This document shows, one piece after another, positions 12,172 through 26,399 of a stretch of 64,000 nt of DNA (the first letter of the stretch is position 1; each line of letters starts with the position of its first letter). Both the position numbers and the translations under genes were made by a program. Origin of the DNA: Eledone cirrhosa. Taxonomy: Eukaryota. Below the pieces are notes generated by a model. It was given only the letters and a program-made list of their open reading frames with translations, was not told the origin of the DNA and ran no database searches. Where the stretch lies: positions 71,548,001 to 71,612,000 of the forward strand of contig OZ024743.1 in the NCBI GenBank assembly GCA_964016885.1, written 5' to 3'.

Positions 12172-12752
12172 CTAGCAGAAAAACCACCCTTCGGGTGGTT
12201 TTCTGCTAGCATGTGTAGTGTTCATATTGATATTATACGCAAGTATACATGCATGTAAATATAATACATCAAATAAAATCGTAATTGACAGAATACACAG
12301 AAATTGAACGAAGACTGTGTTACACTTTCTTATGTAATCAGTAACGTAATCCATGATACATTAAAAAAAGACGATATTATATATAAACTGTATTAGGAGA
12401 AAATTAGTGACGGAAATATATGAATGTTTATTTAAGCGGAAGTGTTGACATTTGAAAATTTTAAAGAAGTGAATCTTAAAATAAGCAACAATGTTATTTA
12501 TATTTAATCAAGAATAACGAAATTTAGTAGATAAATTATGTAATATTCATTAATTATTTATTCAAAGTAATCCAACATATTTTACAAACGGGATAAAATA
12601 ATTTATTCTGGACGTAGTCCCGCAGTCCTTACTTTATTATAATTTAGATTGACCTACCAATGGAGTTTCTATAGATATTAGTTGTAAATGAGCCTGTAAG
12701 AGAATTCCTTCCTAGTCGCAGTCCCGCACTCCTTTCTTTATTATAGTTAAGA
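12172..12752 (-). mobile_element. non-autonomous Helitron (copy 1, with two 5' termini)
   Basis: Minus strand begins TC(TTAACTATAATAAAG) at 12752, with a second TC terminus at 12648; it ends CTAG at 12172 after the hairpin ACCACCCGAAGGGTGGT and sits between A and T; homologous to 57162-57642. Confidence 0.8.
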
Positions 12753-14117
12753 TATGTTAAGGCATTTAATGGTTTGATGATAGACTTAAGGCTCACCCTG
12801 TATTTACAGCTAGATGCATAAATGTTGAGCGTTAGGTATTAGACATAGATAAATGACCACAGCTTAATGAGAAATATATCACTAATTGTTGTGTGAGCGG
12901 AGCTCTTCTCATTCTGGTGTGACTTAATATCTATCACTGCATAATTTATAAACGATCAGCTAAATAACTCAGATATTTACAGTTCAACTAAGAGCTCTTT
13001 GTTTTAAGAATATCATGTTTATATGATATCCGTGAGAAGCTGTATTTTTACCCAATCAAAACTCTCCTCCACATGGGTAAGGTAATCAGGACGTTTATTG
13101 AGTTAGAGATGAAATTATCAGAGATTTCTTTTATTGAATTATATCTCATATCTGTTAAGTCTCATGAAAGATTTACAACATCAGAAGTACAGAAAACTAA
13201 GTCAAACGCTTCAACGAGCAAACCTTTGTTGTAATCTCAGTGTTATTTTGAATTGTATCAGCCTAATCCTTGCTTTGTTCTCATCAATTACAAACCTAGA
13301 GAAATGCAGTAAGTTCAATATATGACATCCGTATTTCAAGCGAATACTCCTTTGTCATCTATAGGAATGTCTGATCTACTTGCTAAACTATACATAATTT
13401 TATGTAATGGTAAAATCAATATTAATTTTTCGGTGATTATTTCGAATTAGCTGACATACATCACTCAAGTTTCGAATTAGCCGCCATATAAATATCAAAT
13501 TACTTCGCCATGCAAATAAGAAGAACTTTGTGATACGGTTTTGCGATTTAACCTATTTCCCTTCCATGAAATTCCCGAAGTAATAATAAACGTCATCTAT
13601 TTAAGATTAACATCTTTGAATATCATCTGTCATTGATGATAATTACATGTGAGGGCTATGTTATTTATATCGTCCCCTTAGTATTCAAGTAATATGCTAC
13701 TACAAAGTAGTAACATATTGTTGGGAGCAAATACACATGCATAATCACACACATAGTTAAGGAAACATAGTGTATAGTATATATTGAGCACTCACAAGTT
13801 TATAGGCATGTACGAAAATGTGGGAAATCGGATTGGTCAAGTACTTCATAACGAAATAAATGTTCAGCTAAACTATAGATTTGGTGTTCGTCCCACCAGT
13901 ACACATAACAATCCAGCCGCCTTCTTAGGTACATATCTACCTAGAATATACAGCCTTGTTACACTTGTGTTGAGAACTACTGTAAGGGTATAAGTATTGG
14001 GGAATACTCGTTAATTTCATGACCAGGCTGTCACCTAGTTTAATCAACTAGAACAGTGGTCATCGAAAGCGACTGAGGTCCAAAAATATTTATAGTTTCT
14101 GATATTGTACTATATAT

Positions 14118-14290
14118 GTGAAGGTACATGGCTTAGTGGTTAGAGCGTTGGGGCTACAATTGAGAGGTAGTGAGTTGGATTCTCGGAGCGGACGATGCGT
14201 TGTGTCTTTGAACAAGACATTTTATTTCACGTTGCTCTAGTTTACTTAGCTGTAGAAATGAGTTGTGACGTCAAAGAAAGTGCCAAGCTT
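14118..14290 (+). mobile_element. tRNA-derived SINE, family B
   Basis: TGGCTTAGTGGTTAGAGCG A-box, GAGTTGGATTC B-box-like motif, TTGTGTCTTTGAACAAGACA core; homologues at 52108 and 56555. Confidence 0.8.
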
Positions 14291-14334
14291 TATCAGCCAT
14301 TGCCATTCTCTTGGAAAACTTTGATGGCATGGAA

Positions 14335-16650
14335 ATCCTTATTACAGATACCATTATAGGATATGTTCTCATTTATGCCCAGGTATCTGTAGCAGTCCTC
14401 ATAAGATATTGGTGAAATAGTTAGGCCATTGATACAAATGTTGTTAGATTGGGTTGTTGTTTCCCCCCGCTTTATAGTCATATATGAGCATTTATCTTGG
14501 CTAAACTCTATTCCTATATCCTTTGAGAATGTTGTAACCAGGTCAAGATTTTTCTTCATCCCATCCATGCTCTTGGCATAGAGTTTCAGATCACCCACAA
14601 AGAAATTATGGGTTAGGTTCGTATTTCTGTCCTGCTGTGAGCCAATGATGTATCCTTCACATTTCTTGAGCAGAAAGGACAAGGGGTTTAATGACAGGAT
14701 GAATAATATAACAGAGAGAGAGACTCTCTCCTTGAAATATACCCCTACGATATTTTATTTTATCAGTGAAAATAGAGTCCTCCTTCTCTGTCTTTAACGT
14801 TAGGATAGTAGCCCAAGAAGAAGACAGCTTCTCTATGGTTCTGATAATAATGTGTGGGACTTTAGCAATTCGGAGGGCCTCTATCATCCAAGAGTGGGGA
14901 ACAGAATCGAAAGCTTTCCTATAGTCCAGCCAGACTGTAGCCATATTCCTCCTAAGTTGTCGCACCTCCGACATCGCAGTTTTGTTGATTAGGAGTTGTT
15001 CAGCACATCCTCAAACCCCTTTCTTTCCAGCTGCTTGTTCATCTGTGATGATGTTATTATTTTCACAGTGATCTTGGAGAAATAGGTTCAGACAGGCTGC
15101 ATATATCTTTTACATCAATTTCTGGCATGCAATGGGTCAGTAGTTTTTTTGCCAAGTGGGTGTCTTTGTTCTTGGGGACCAGTATTGTTTGTGCTAATGC
15201 TAACAATTCTGGTGTATGTGTATCTCCCTCGAGAACTTGTTGGTAGAGGTCGATAAGATACATCCGATAGAATATTAGTTTTTGTACCAGTAGCCGACAA
15301 TCATGTCTCTTCCTGGTGTTTTCTTATCTTGAAGTTTTCCTATCACAGTCTCAAGGGTACCCTCATTTATTTCGTATATTTTTGTTGTAGTGTAGGAGCA
15401 ATAGTTCTTTTGGATTTCTTTTAGCCACACTGTATTTTGGTTGAAATTTTTCTTTTCACTCCATATCTTTGCCCAGAAGGAATCTATGCCTTTCTGGGAT
15501 GGGGCCTCAGTGATACTTATTATTTTGCCCGTCATATCTCTATAGACTGATGTTTGGTTTCGTCTGAATCTTTTATTAAGCACCTTTCTTTCATCTACTC
15601 TTTTCAGGTATCGGCGTTTCTCACTGACAGCTCTCAATTCTTGTTTGAGGATTATCAGTTTATATTGCAGGGTTTACTGTCACCAAACATCGTTTCTATT
15701 TTATTTTTCACTCATTGTTGGTGAGGAGTGAAGTTTTTTGTTTTTGTTTGCATGTAAGGAGCAGTGTCACATAGATTTTCGTAGGTCAGCAATCTTTTTT
15801 TCTATTTTAGTTATATATGATGGTATTTTTTGAGGTGTTTTGTTCTTGTTAATATCCCTGCTATCACCAAGATAATGCTTCACTGTCATTGCTAGGGCAT
15901 ATAAACAGGCGTTGATTTGCCAAAATGTTGTGTTTTAATCCGTCGTAAATATTCACCCCCTATTTCGTCAATAGCACGTAATATTTCATTATTTGTTTTT
16001 TTTTATTTAATATTGCTGTTTTAATACGTTCAGCAAGAGAAATGTTTATACATGAATTAATTTCTCTCTTGAAGATTTCGTTGAGAGAAGATTTCAGTTG
16101 TTTATACTTTTGATATAGTAGAAACAATTATCGATAGTATTTTCCACAACAGATGAGGCCGACTCAGATGGTACACGTGGTGCAAAATTTCTTAGAGGCA
16201 TAGTTGTTTAAAGGCACTGTTCGACCTGGCTTCTAGGAAGTCTAGTAGCGTGGCGACCTGGCGCACGTGATGTTGATTCCATGTTAATTCTGGGGGACTT
16301 ACATTTAATAATATCTATCTTATTTTTACGTTCAACAAACGTCGTTTGTTGGCGTAATAGTTTGGCTGTGAGTGATTTAGCTCTGGGTGCATTTCGTCCC
16401 AGTGTAGCTTCATTCTGTTCATATAGCCAACGGAGGGATTTCTTTTCACCATTTTAAAACAATTAAATGAATCATCATTAAGTTCGCAACTCCAAGAGGA
16501 ATACAATTTATAATTTCGGTTTCTTCTGTATCTACAACTGAATAAATTTTGTTTACCTTTCTCATTCATTTTCTCACTGGTTGTCTTCAGTAAATTGTTT
16601 TCGTTCCGTGAGTTCGGTATATTGTTGATGTTGTGTCCATCCATGATATT
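14335..16650 (-). pseudogene. degraded R4/Dong-like (RLE-class) non-LTR retrotransposon, N-terminal and RT portion
   Basis: Frameshifted fragments with KTPGRDMIVGYWYK, VWLDYRKAFDSVPHSW, RGIFQGESLS, FVGDLKLY, YRYLGI. Confidence 0.85.
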
Positions 16651-16915
16651 TCTAGCAAATCCTTGTAAAATAAATTTAGTATTTAGTCGGGTATTTCTAC
16701 AAATTAAAATGTGTCTTCAGTGGATATAGTTAGAAGAATATCCAGTTATTCAACACGACTTGTAGTTGTGGCATTACTGTCGGAGATAATATTCATCTTA
16801 AATTTAATGAATAGTCTCCCACTCCAAAATGTGCGACTGATCGCGTTGACTGACTATATGTGTTTATGTATGTATGTATGTATGTATGTATGTATGTATG
16901 TATGTATGTATGTAT

Positions 16916-17528
16916 GTTATATCAGGTCACCAGTTGGTACTACTGGTAACATGTATCCCAGTACAACCTGTCTCATGGTCGGGTCGTTGGCGACTAAACT
17001 GGCAACCCCACCAAGGTTTCTTGGTGAGGAGGGTGACTTTAGACATCCTGCAGGACTAAAAACAAAACCTGTCAAAGGGCAAAGGAGCTCTTAAGAGTCA
17101 ATGGCCATCCAAAATCACCGGGAGAGATGACCCCTTAGCCTTTGTCAAGGCAGAATTCTAGGAGAAGAAAACTCTGATATAACACCTGCAACCCTGATGG
17201 TATCCAATGATGTTGACTTGTTCTTCTTTTTGGTAAATATCATCTTGGTTAAGAGAGTGTGACTGGCTTTGTGCAGTGCCTTTGCTCACTATAAAAGCTT
17301 CACGGCACAGACATTGCTTTATATCTGGAGATCTCTCTGCACTTGTCGTCACATGGTACCATGGGCCCAGCACTATGTGCATATAATTGTCGCAAGTGTA
17401 GTGTTTGTACCAGAGTTTTAGAGTTGCTGGCTGGACTAAAAAGTCACACTCGTTCAGCGCATCGGTAGGGGTACTCCTACATGGATATAAAGTAGTGGCC
17501 GTACTCGAAAACGAGTTGGCAGCCACCA
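16916..17528 (+). mobile_element. bipartite non-autonomous RTE derivative (RTE 5'UTR joined to RTE 3' end)
   Basis: Near-identical to 43525-43991; its 3' 180 bp match the end of the RTE at 43265-43441; its middle resembles the RTE 5'UTR at 18410-18620; flanked by (TATG)n. Confidence 0.8.
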
Positions 17529-17784
17529 TGTATGTATGTATGTATGTATGTATATATGTATGTTCTTCTGGTTTTATAATTTCACAAATTTTTTTCCCAA
17601 TAGAGAGAGAGTCAGTTTCTAACATAGACACAAGACATTCTCATTGAAATTTATACAACATCAACTGGGTAGATTATGTATGCATGCATGTGTAGATATG
17701 GATGTTATTGTATGTGTGGATGTGTATGTTTTGAGTTGTATGTGTGCATGTGTATATGCTTTGTATCTGTGCATGTGTATATGC

Positions 17785-18160
17785 AGTTATTAGATGCACA
17801 ATTTTTGGAATGTTTTACATATTTTTACTGTTGCATTAATGGATTGTACTTGTAATTTCCTAACTAGCTGTGTTCTTTCTGTTCCTGTGAAGCCTAGCTT
17901 CTCAAGATTTGTATTGAAGCAGTTACTAACATACCCCAGTGCCCCAATAACCACAGTCAAAAATCTGAAGGTGTAATCAGGGTGGAGTATCTGCAGATTT
18001 CTCATCAGTTCTGCATAAATATTCTCCTTTCCGCTAATCTTTGATATTATATTGGCATCTGCTGGGCAGCTAATTTCCACTACTGTGCATGCTTTCATCT
18101 CCCTGTTCCATATCATATCTGGTCTGTTATGTCTGCATTTTATTGGGGTTTTTACTGGGA
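17785..18160 (-). pseudogene. R4/Dong-like 3' fragment (restriction-like endonuclease domain)
   Basis: HNRPDMIW..VVEISCP..K...Y..L...VVIGALG, a PD-(D/E)xK-type RLE signature. Confidence 0.8.
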
Positions 18161-18339
18161 CATGTATGTATGCATGTATGTTTGTATGTATGTATATATA
18201 TCTGTGTGTGTAAGTGAGTAGCATGTGTGTGTTTGTTTGTATGCATGAGTGTTGGTGTGAGCGCGCGTATTTATGTGTGTGTGCGCGCGTGTGTGTATGT
18301 CGTACGTATGAGTGTCAATAAGTGAGTTTTTTTTTTAAT

Positions 18340-21300
18340 GCGCGGGAAAATAGAAATAGTCGTGCTGGATACCCGATGGCGCTGTTAAACCACTGGGAGT
18401 GAAAAACACCTACCCTTGTCAGGGCATTCTTCTAGGAGAAGGTATCTCAGGGAACTGGGTTAACTCCGACATAAAACCTGCGGCTCAGTAGTTACTGATG
18501 ATGTTGATCTTTTCTTCTTTTCGGGTTATAGCTACTGTCGCCCAGAGAGTGGGATTGGCTCAGTGCAGTGTCCTTGCTCACTTTAAAAATATTCTTCTAT
18601 TCTTCACGCACAGGCATTGCACGATTGCATTAATTAATAATTATTAATAGTGTATTATTATTATTATTATTATTGTTACTATTATTATTACTTTTTTTCT
18701 TTTCCCAATTCAATGACGTTCCAAAACAATATAAAAGAGATAATTGGCAATAAGGGCAGGGGCCCCAGGTTATCACAGCCTGGGTCCTCTCGTCCTCGTG
18801 TCACTGTAATAAAGCCAAACAAGGCATTTAGTCTTGGTTGCTGGAACGTACGGACGCTGCTTGACAGGGATTCCTTGGAACGTCCTGAACGAAGGATCGC
18901 TCTTGTTGCAAAGGAGCTTCGACTTTACGATCTTGACATCGTATCTTTATATGAGACGAGGTTAACTGGAGGTGGTCATCTTACAGAATTTTGTGGAGAA
19001 TATACATTCTTCTGGAAAGGATGAGATGAAGGAACCAGAAGAGAGGCTGGGGTAGCATTTGCTGTTAAGACTGTTCTTGTGAATAAATTAGAAGAATTCC
19101 CAGTAGGGATTAGTGAGCGTCTTATGTCCATGAGAATTCCGCTGGACAAAGGCGGATATGCGAGCCTGGTGAGTGTGTATGCTCCAACTATGTATTCTGT
19201 CGACGAAGAAAAAGTGTCCTTTTACCATGCCTTGAAAGGTATTTCAAGAAATATCCCTCTGACAGACAAAGTCATCGTGCTTGGTGACTTTAATGCTAGA
19301 GTGGGTAGGTATTTTAACACATGGAATGTAATCGGAAGGCATGGGGTGGGAAAGTGTAACAACAATGGTATGCTCTTGCTGCAGATGTGTGAGGAGCAGG
19401 ATCTGTGTTTTACCAACACCATGTTTCAAAAAAAAGAACAAATTTAAGACTACATGGATGCATCCTGCATCTAAGGAATGGCATCTTTTGGACTAAGTCC
19501 TAGTCAGGATGCGTGACAGACGGGATGTGCAGTGTGTTCGTGTTTTCGTGGAGCTGAGTGCTGGACGGACCACCGCCTGGTACGCGCAAAAGTGAAACTA
19601 ATCACTAAACGTAAAATCCGGGCACCTGGTGTTGCCCTGCCCAGAAGATTGAATGCTGCTCGTCTTAGGGATAAAAATGTGAAGAGGACATTGCGAGAAG
19701 AGATGCAGGTTTTAGATCTTGGTGAGGATTGGCCGACTCTTAAAAAGTCAGTTTATGATTTAGGCAGGCTGGAATTGGTGCAAAGAAAACATCAAGACTG
19801 GTTTAATGAGAATGATGAACATATAGAAGACTTGTTGTCTGATAAGAGGCGAGTTCTGTCACGCTACTTGACGGCAAAACCACAGGAGAGAATATGTTAC
19901 ATAAGGAACTCAAGGATGTGAAATAACGTGTTAGGCGGAGTCTTTCTCAGATGAAGGATCAGTGGTCGAGTGAAAAGGCTGATGAGATACAAACTGCGTC
20001 AGATTCCAATAACACAAAGACTGTACAACAGTACAGTCTCTTTATGGAGCTCTTCTTCTCTGATGACACCGCTTCGCAGCAAGGATGGCAAAGAACTTCT
20101 TCGCGACTCACAAGGAATTCTACGAAGGTGGCGAGATCACTTTCATGAGCCTTTGAATCAACCGTCTGTCGTCAATGAAGATTTCCTCGAATTCATTCCA
20201 GAAAGTCCTGTGAAAGTAGCTATCGCAGACCCTTCGACGCTTGTGGAGGTTGCAGTGGCTATCTCGAAGCTGAACAGTGGAAGGTCTCCAGTTATGGATG
20301 GCATACATGCAGAGCTCTTACAATATGGTGGTGAGAAACTCCTGTAACATCTTCACTCTTTGTTTGGCAGGATATGGGCTAATGAATCCGTACCTGAAGA
20401 CTGGAGAGATGCAGTAATGGTGGTCTTGTACAAGGGAAAGGGTAACAGGAATGATTGAGGGAACTACAGAGGTATATCATTGCTTTCGTAGGGAAAGTTT
20501 TATGTAGGGTGCTTTTGGACCGTCTGCTGACACACATTGCAGATTGTGTTCTTCCTGAAAGTCAATCTGGTTTTCGTGCTGGACGCGGCACTACTGATAT
20601 GATTTTCTCAGTTAGACAGCTCCAGGAGAAGTGCATGGAACAAGGTTTGGATCTGTATCAGGTTTTTATCGATCAGACAAAAGCTTCGATACTGTTAACA
20701 GAAATTCATTATGGAAGGTTCTCCAGAAACTTGGTTGCCCTGATAAGTTCCTTGCTTTAGTTAGGCATTTCCATGACAACATGTCGGAGCCTATCGCAGG
20801 AGAAAATGGAGTGAAACGGGGATATTCGAGCACCGACACTGTTTGCCATATACTTTGCAATGGTTTTCTGTTTTCTTTGCATGGTGTTTACATCCGATAT
20901 CGAACCTCAGGCAGCATATTTAACATCAGGCGCTTTGCTGCAAAAACAAAATTATTTACATCAATCATAAGACACCTCGTGTATGCAAATGATTGCGATC
21001 TTGTAGCGCAGACTGAGAGTGATATGCAGCACATTTTGGATGCATTTTCTGATGCTTGCACTGCCGTAGGATTGACTGTCAGTCTCAAGAAAACCGTCGT
21101 CATGTACCAATCTGCCCCTGGTAAGCAGTACAGTGAACCAAATATTTATGGTAAACGACTTGGAGTGGTTGATCAGTTTGTCTACCTGGGAAGCACTGTA
21201 AATCGATACACCAACCTTGATAATGAAATCCCACTCAGGATTAAGAAAGCAAGTGATGCTTTCGGAAAGCTAGAAAGGCGACTTTGGAGTCAGCGAGACA

Positions 21301-22160
21301 TATGCAAGAAGACAAAGGTAAAGGAGTACAAGGCATGTGTGCTCTCTTTTCTCTTCTTTATGACTGAGAGACCTGGGTCACATATCGACACCACCTTAAG
21401 CAATTGGAGCGTTTCCATCAGATGTGTTTTAGACGGATCCATGGCGTTCACTGGAGGGACCACATCAGTGACGTCGAGATTTTAGAAAGCGCTCTGTGTG
21501 ACAGTATAGAAGCTCTTGTGCTTAAGCAACGACTCCGCTGGAGTGGTCACCTTGCCAGGATGAAGGATTCTAGAATACCAAAAACAACTCTTTTATGGAG
21601 AGCTAGTTAAAGGAAAATAATTGCCACATAAACCAAAAAAGAGGTATAAGGATTCCTTGAAAGCCTCTTTGAAAGAAGCTGACATCTCTGCTGATACATG
21701 GGAAAACGTTGCTGCTCATCGTAATAAATGGAGAAAGACTGAATATGTGGAGAAATTTGCCTTAGACGCATCTCGAATTGCATACTAGAAAGTAAAGCGG
21801 GATGTGAGGAAGGGCACTGCTGTTGCATTTCCAGACGGCGAAGGTCTCCCCATGGCGCTGACATGCAGCGTTTGTGGGAGACTCTGCCTAAGCAAAGCTG
21901 GACTCGAAAGTCATCTTCGCAGTCATAAAGCAAGACCAGTGGTTGACTACCAGGCTGCTGTTGGAGAAGCTACTCATCATGCTTGCCAAGCATTGTGGTA
22001 GATAATGTAAATCAGCAGGAGAGCTCAAACGACATACAAAAGTACATGAACTCCAACCACAGCCGGCTATTCTCAATGAATGTTTTGGTGGCCAACACTG
22101 TGCAAAACATTTTAGATCATTGGCTAAGCTAAAAAGCCACGTTCGATCGCAGCGCTGTTA
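18340..22160 (+). pseudogene. near full-length degraded RTE-clade LINE (APE, RT, C2H2 fingers)
   Basis: GCWNVRTLLD, SVYAPT, LGDFNARVG, TDHRLV, ESQSGFRAGRGTTDMIF, YANDC, FVYLGS, RLRWSGHLARM, CSVCGRLCLSKAGLESHLRSH; multiple stops and frameshifts. Confidence 0.9.
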
Positions 22161-22164
22161 ATTG

Positions 22165-23055
<891 letters not shown>

Positions 23056-23791
23056 AATAGAAAATTGGACGGAAGAAAAATAATTGATACTTTCCTATAT
23101 AATTTAATTTTATTTTATTAGCTAGTTCCCTCCACTTACGCATTAGCACCCTTTAATTTTGGATCTCATACTCACTTCCGGAAAATTAAAACCGTTAGAA
23201 AAATTCGCTGTAGAACAACTTTAATCCATGGATAAGAATACAATAAGATCAATTTACAAATCATTGCTAACTAAAAAGCATTCAATATAAACACTAACTA
23301 AAATATAATTTAACATATGTAATGGAAAAGATAACCATAACTGTGATACGCTCAACACATACACTCCAGAAACAATCATCACATTACATCCGCCATAAAT
23401 TTTAATACACTAACACCTTTTCTTGATATGCTTGTATATCTGTGTTATTTTATGTGATACCTTTGCCATACAGTATTTATTTCCTTCATATATACGACTA
23501 ACGCATGTGCACTTTTCTACACGCTTGCATATGTACTGCTAGTGTCTTCATTCTTTCTCAATGCCTTTTTAATTATTAGACTATTCCCTTGTATTATCTG
23601 TCGCATGTATTCCACTCTGTGCTTTTAATTTGAATTTGAATTTGAATATTATTGTACAATTCTCGTATAATATATGTCGCATCCATTCCACCCTGTTAAA
23701 TACGAAACCGTTGTTCACAACATCAATATATATGTATCTATATGATTGTTCAGTTCAATAGGAGGTTAATTATATGTACAAACATTGCTAA

Positions 23792-23838
23792 TGCTCCGAT
23801 GATTCCAGACGAAAGTTTGGAAGAAACGATTGTCAGCA
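23792..23838 (+). ncRNA. type I hammerhead ribozyme motif (U4C variant) in a PLE-type pLTR
   Basis: TGCT-CCGATGA-TTCCAGAC(GAAA)GTTTGGAA-GAAAC-GATT-GTC-AGCA: helix I TGCT/AGCA, 8-bp helix II with a GAAA tetraloop, GUC site; overlaps a downstream AATAAA. Confidence 0.7.
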
Positions 23839-24069
23839 ATAAAATGATTTGGACATAATTTTGATAATTGTGTAATTTATATTCCTGCTCTGTAAAAACA
23901 CCTGATGTTCTTACATTGAGCTATTTTCTCTTACTGGTAATACGGTAGTAATAAATTACTGATCTTTCCTGTTTATAGTTGTTTATAGTATATACATAAC
24001 TATAAATAGTATCATTATTATATATATATTGCTACAATAATTTCTATACTTTTCATTTATATATATATA

Positions 24070-24127
<58 letters not shown>

Positions 24128-24264
24128 GAAAAGTATAGAAATTATTGTAGCAATAAGCCAACAGTATTTCATAATATATATATATATATATATATATGAG
24201 TGATAGATACGCAGTTTAGATATATACGCATACATGTGTGTGTCCGTGTATCTATCTATCTCTA

Positions 24265-24782
24265 TATGGTGAAAAAGGTTATGTGGTGGACAAGGTTGAG
24301 AGGACTGAGGACAGATGCCTTTCTCTCCGGACAACAACTCATTCCCTTCCTTAGGTACCACTTTAGAAGGAGAATCAGAGTGGCGAGAGAGGTACTGCAC
24401 CCCAGTAAATTTACTGAAAGGTGGGTGGATGGTGGCGAGAATGACCCGAGTGATTGGGCCTTCTTTGTATATAAACCTGTATGTTGAAGAAGAGAGCGAA
24501 AAGAAGGAAGGAGCACTTGCACAACATGTTCCTGGAGTTGAGGGTTGTTGTATCGACGAGGTATTAAACAACCCATTTGTAACGCCTCCCCATTATTGGG
24601 GATTTCGATTGTTATATTTTCATGTTAAAACTTTTTTTTTTACACGAACGTATGTAAAATCCCCATATTTTGTTCCCTTTTCTTGTGCGCCCTTGTTCCC
24701 TTTTCTTGTGCGCCTTTTGTTCCCCTTTCTTGTGCGCCTTTTGTTCCCCTTTCTCGTGCGCCCTTGTGGCAAATAAAGAAAT
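24265..24782 (+). mobile_element. 5'-truncated 3' end of a Tx1-clade LINE related to 4706-10497
   Basis: MVKKVMWWTRLRGLRTDAFLSG..ERW matches the ORF2 C-terminus; ends GCAAATAAAGAAATATAT; a 24-bp tandem repeat (about 4 copies) at 24670-24765. Confidence 0.85.
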
Positions 24783-24936
24783 ATATCTATCTCTATATAC
24801 CTATATAAATTATTTTTATGTCTTAAAAAAAACACAACTAATTTTGTTTCAAATATAACTTATTCGCTCTACTTTCTCGTGTTGAGCCTTTTAATGTATG
24901 TAGGTCTACTAAATACTAAGATATAAATAACATACG

Positions 24937-25030
<94 letters not shown>

Positions 25031-25188
25031 AGAGAGAGAGAAGAGAGAGAGAGAAAGAGAGATAGACTCACAATTTAGACTTAATAAAATGAATATATAT
25101 ATATATATCTGTGTGTGTGTGTGAATGAAGTAATTCCGTCGGAAAGGTCCAGGAAAAAAGAGTGCTCTATGTAAGTCACAGAGCTTAT

Positions 25189-25302
25189 TAGTTATGTAAT
25201 AAATAACATAAGATAATTATTTCTTTTACCAGTGGTTTCTTGAAAGCAAAGAAGAAACTACTGGTAAATGAAATAATTTTCTTATGTTGTGTATTACATA
25301 AC

Positions 25303-25304
<2 letters not shown>
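25189..25304. repeat. fold-back palindrome with a hammerhead 3' half-core
   Basis: TAGTTATGTAAT...ATTACATAACTA imperfect inverted repeat; GAAACTACTGGTA at 25254-25266. Confidence 0.75.
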
Positions 25305-25345
<41 letters not shown>

Positions 25346-25424
25346 GGTAAACAGAAATAACAACACAATCGGTACAGTATATGGAAGGTATATATTAGGT
25401 TAACGCTTGATATAGCAGGAAGAG

Positions 25425-25462
25425 GGTCTTAACGTTTCGGAAGCTAGTCCTTCATCAGAAAA
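25425..25462 (-). ncRNA. minimal type I hammerhead motif in a PLE pLTR (about 25341-25530)
   Basis: Minus strand CTGATGA-AGGACTAGCTTCC-GAAACGTTA; same family as 40899-40935. Confidence 0.7.
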
Positions 25463-25549
25463 AAGAATGAGAAATAAAATAGATTGAGGGGACGAGCGGG
25501 ATGGAATTGGAAAAAATGTCTTTATATATATAAAGTTAGGGTTATGGTT

Positions 25550-25851
25550 AAGAGGAAACATAATACTACCACTGATGATGTTTCAGATTTGCAACGAAAG
25601 AACTTTGGTAGACTATATATATGTATTTATCTCTGAATGTTTGACCGTTGGTCAGTCAATGATAAACATTGATGGCCAAATGAATTAACTATGGAGATCT
25701 AACAGATACAGAAGCGAAACCCAATCAAACAGTGAGTGTGTTCTGTTATTATTTCTGGCAATATTATTACAACAATATGACCCTCCTCAAGTATAACAGT
25801 ATTTGTTTCGACACACGATTTCATCCTCGCAAAACAAATTCATCGCCGTTA
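25550..25851 (+). mobile_element. solo pLTR of Penelope family B with a hammerhead at 25566-25611
   Basis: Homologous to 50450-50702 and to 47706-47790 (reverse); CTACCA-CTGATGA-...-GAAAGAACTT-TGGTAG with a perfect 6-bp helix I. Confidence 0.8.
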
Positions 25852-25864
25852 TATATCTATATAT

Positions 25865-26022
25865 CGGCGGCTGATGGCTTCACGATCAGCAGAATTAGCC
25901 GTTGAAACGGCTTGAGCTCAGCCGTCGGGGTCCTACTCGTTCCTATTACCCACTCTACTCCCCTAAGTATTGAGTACTTTGGTGCGTTATGGTCCACCTG
26001 GTTCCTTACCACATTTCCTCCG

Positions 26023-26025
<3 letters not shown>
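25865..26025 (+). mobile_element. short PLE-type pLTR, family C
   Basis: GAATTAGCCGTTGAAACGGCTTGAGCTCAGCCGTCGGGG...; further copies at 35954-36164, 36340-36447 and 60140-60306, all abutting (TA)n. Confidence 0.7.
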
Positions 26026-26075
<50 letters not shown>

Positions 26076-26399
26076 TATATACCCAAGGTTTGTATGAAAT
26101 AATCGATCTGTCTAAAGAATAACTTTATGCATTTCTCCGAAAGACTGAATGACTTAGAACTAATAGATATTATCGTCACGTAGTTCATATTGCTGTTGGT
26201 GGTATAGATAATGAATCTTGACTGACTATGCAGCCAATATGTCTGCCGGTTCCAGGAATGTTTTCTTAAGCTCATCTAATGAGATTCATCTAGATTGTAG
26301 AATATAATCCATCTAGGATAGCTGTTTAAACTGAATATAAAAAAAAATATTTTAATATTAAGCATTATAACAATGTGTACATTTGATTTCCATCGGTAG

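Noticed and set aside
14118-14200. tRNA genes at SINE heads
   Set aside because: A/B boxes continue into SINE core sequence, with no complete cloverleaf or T-run terminator
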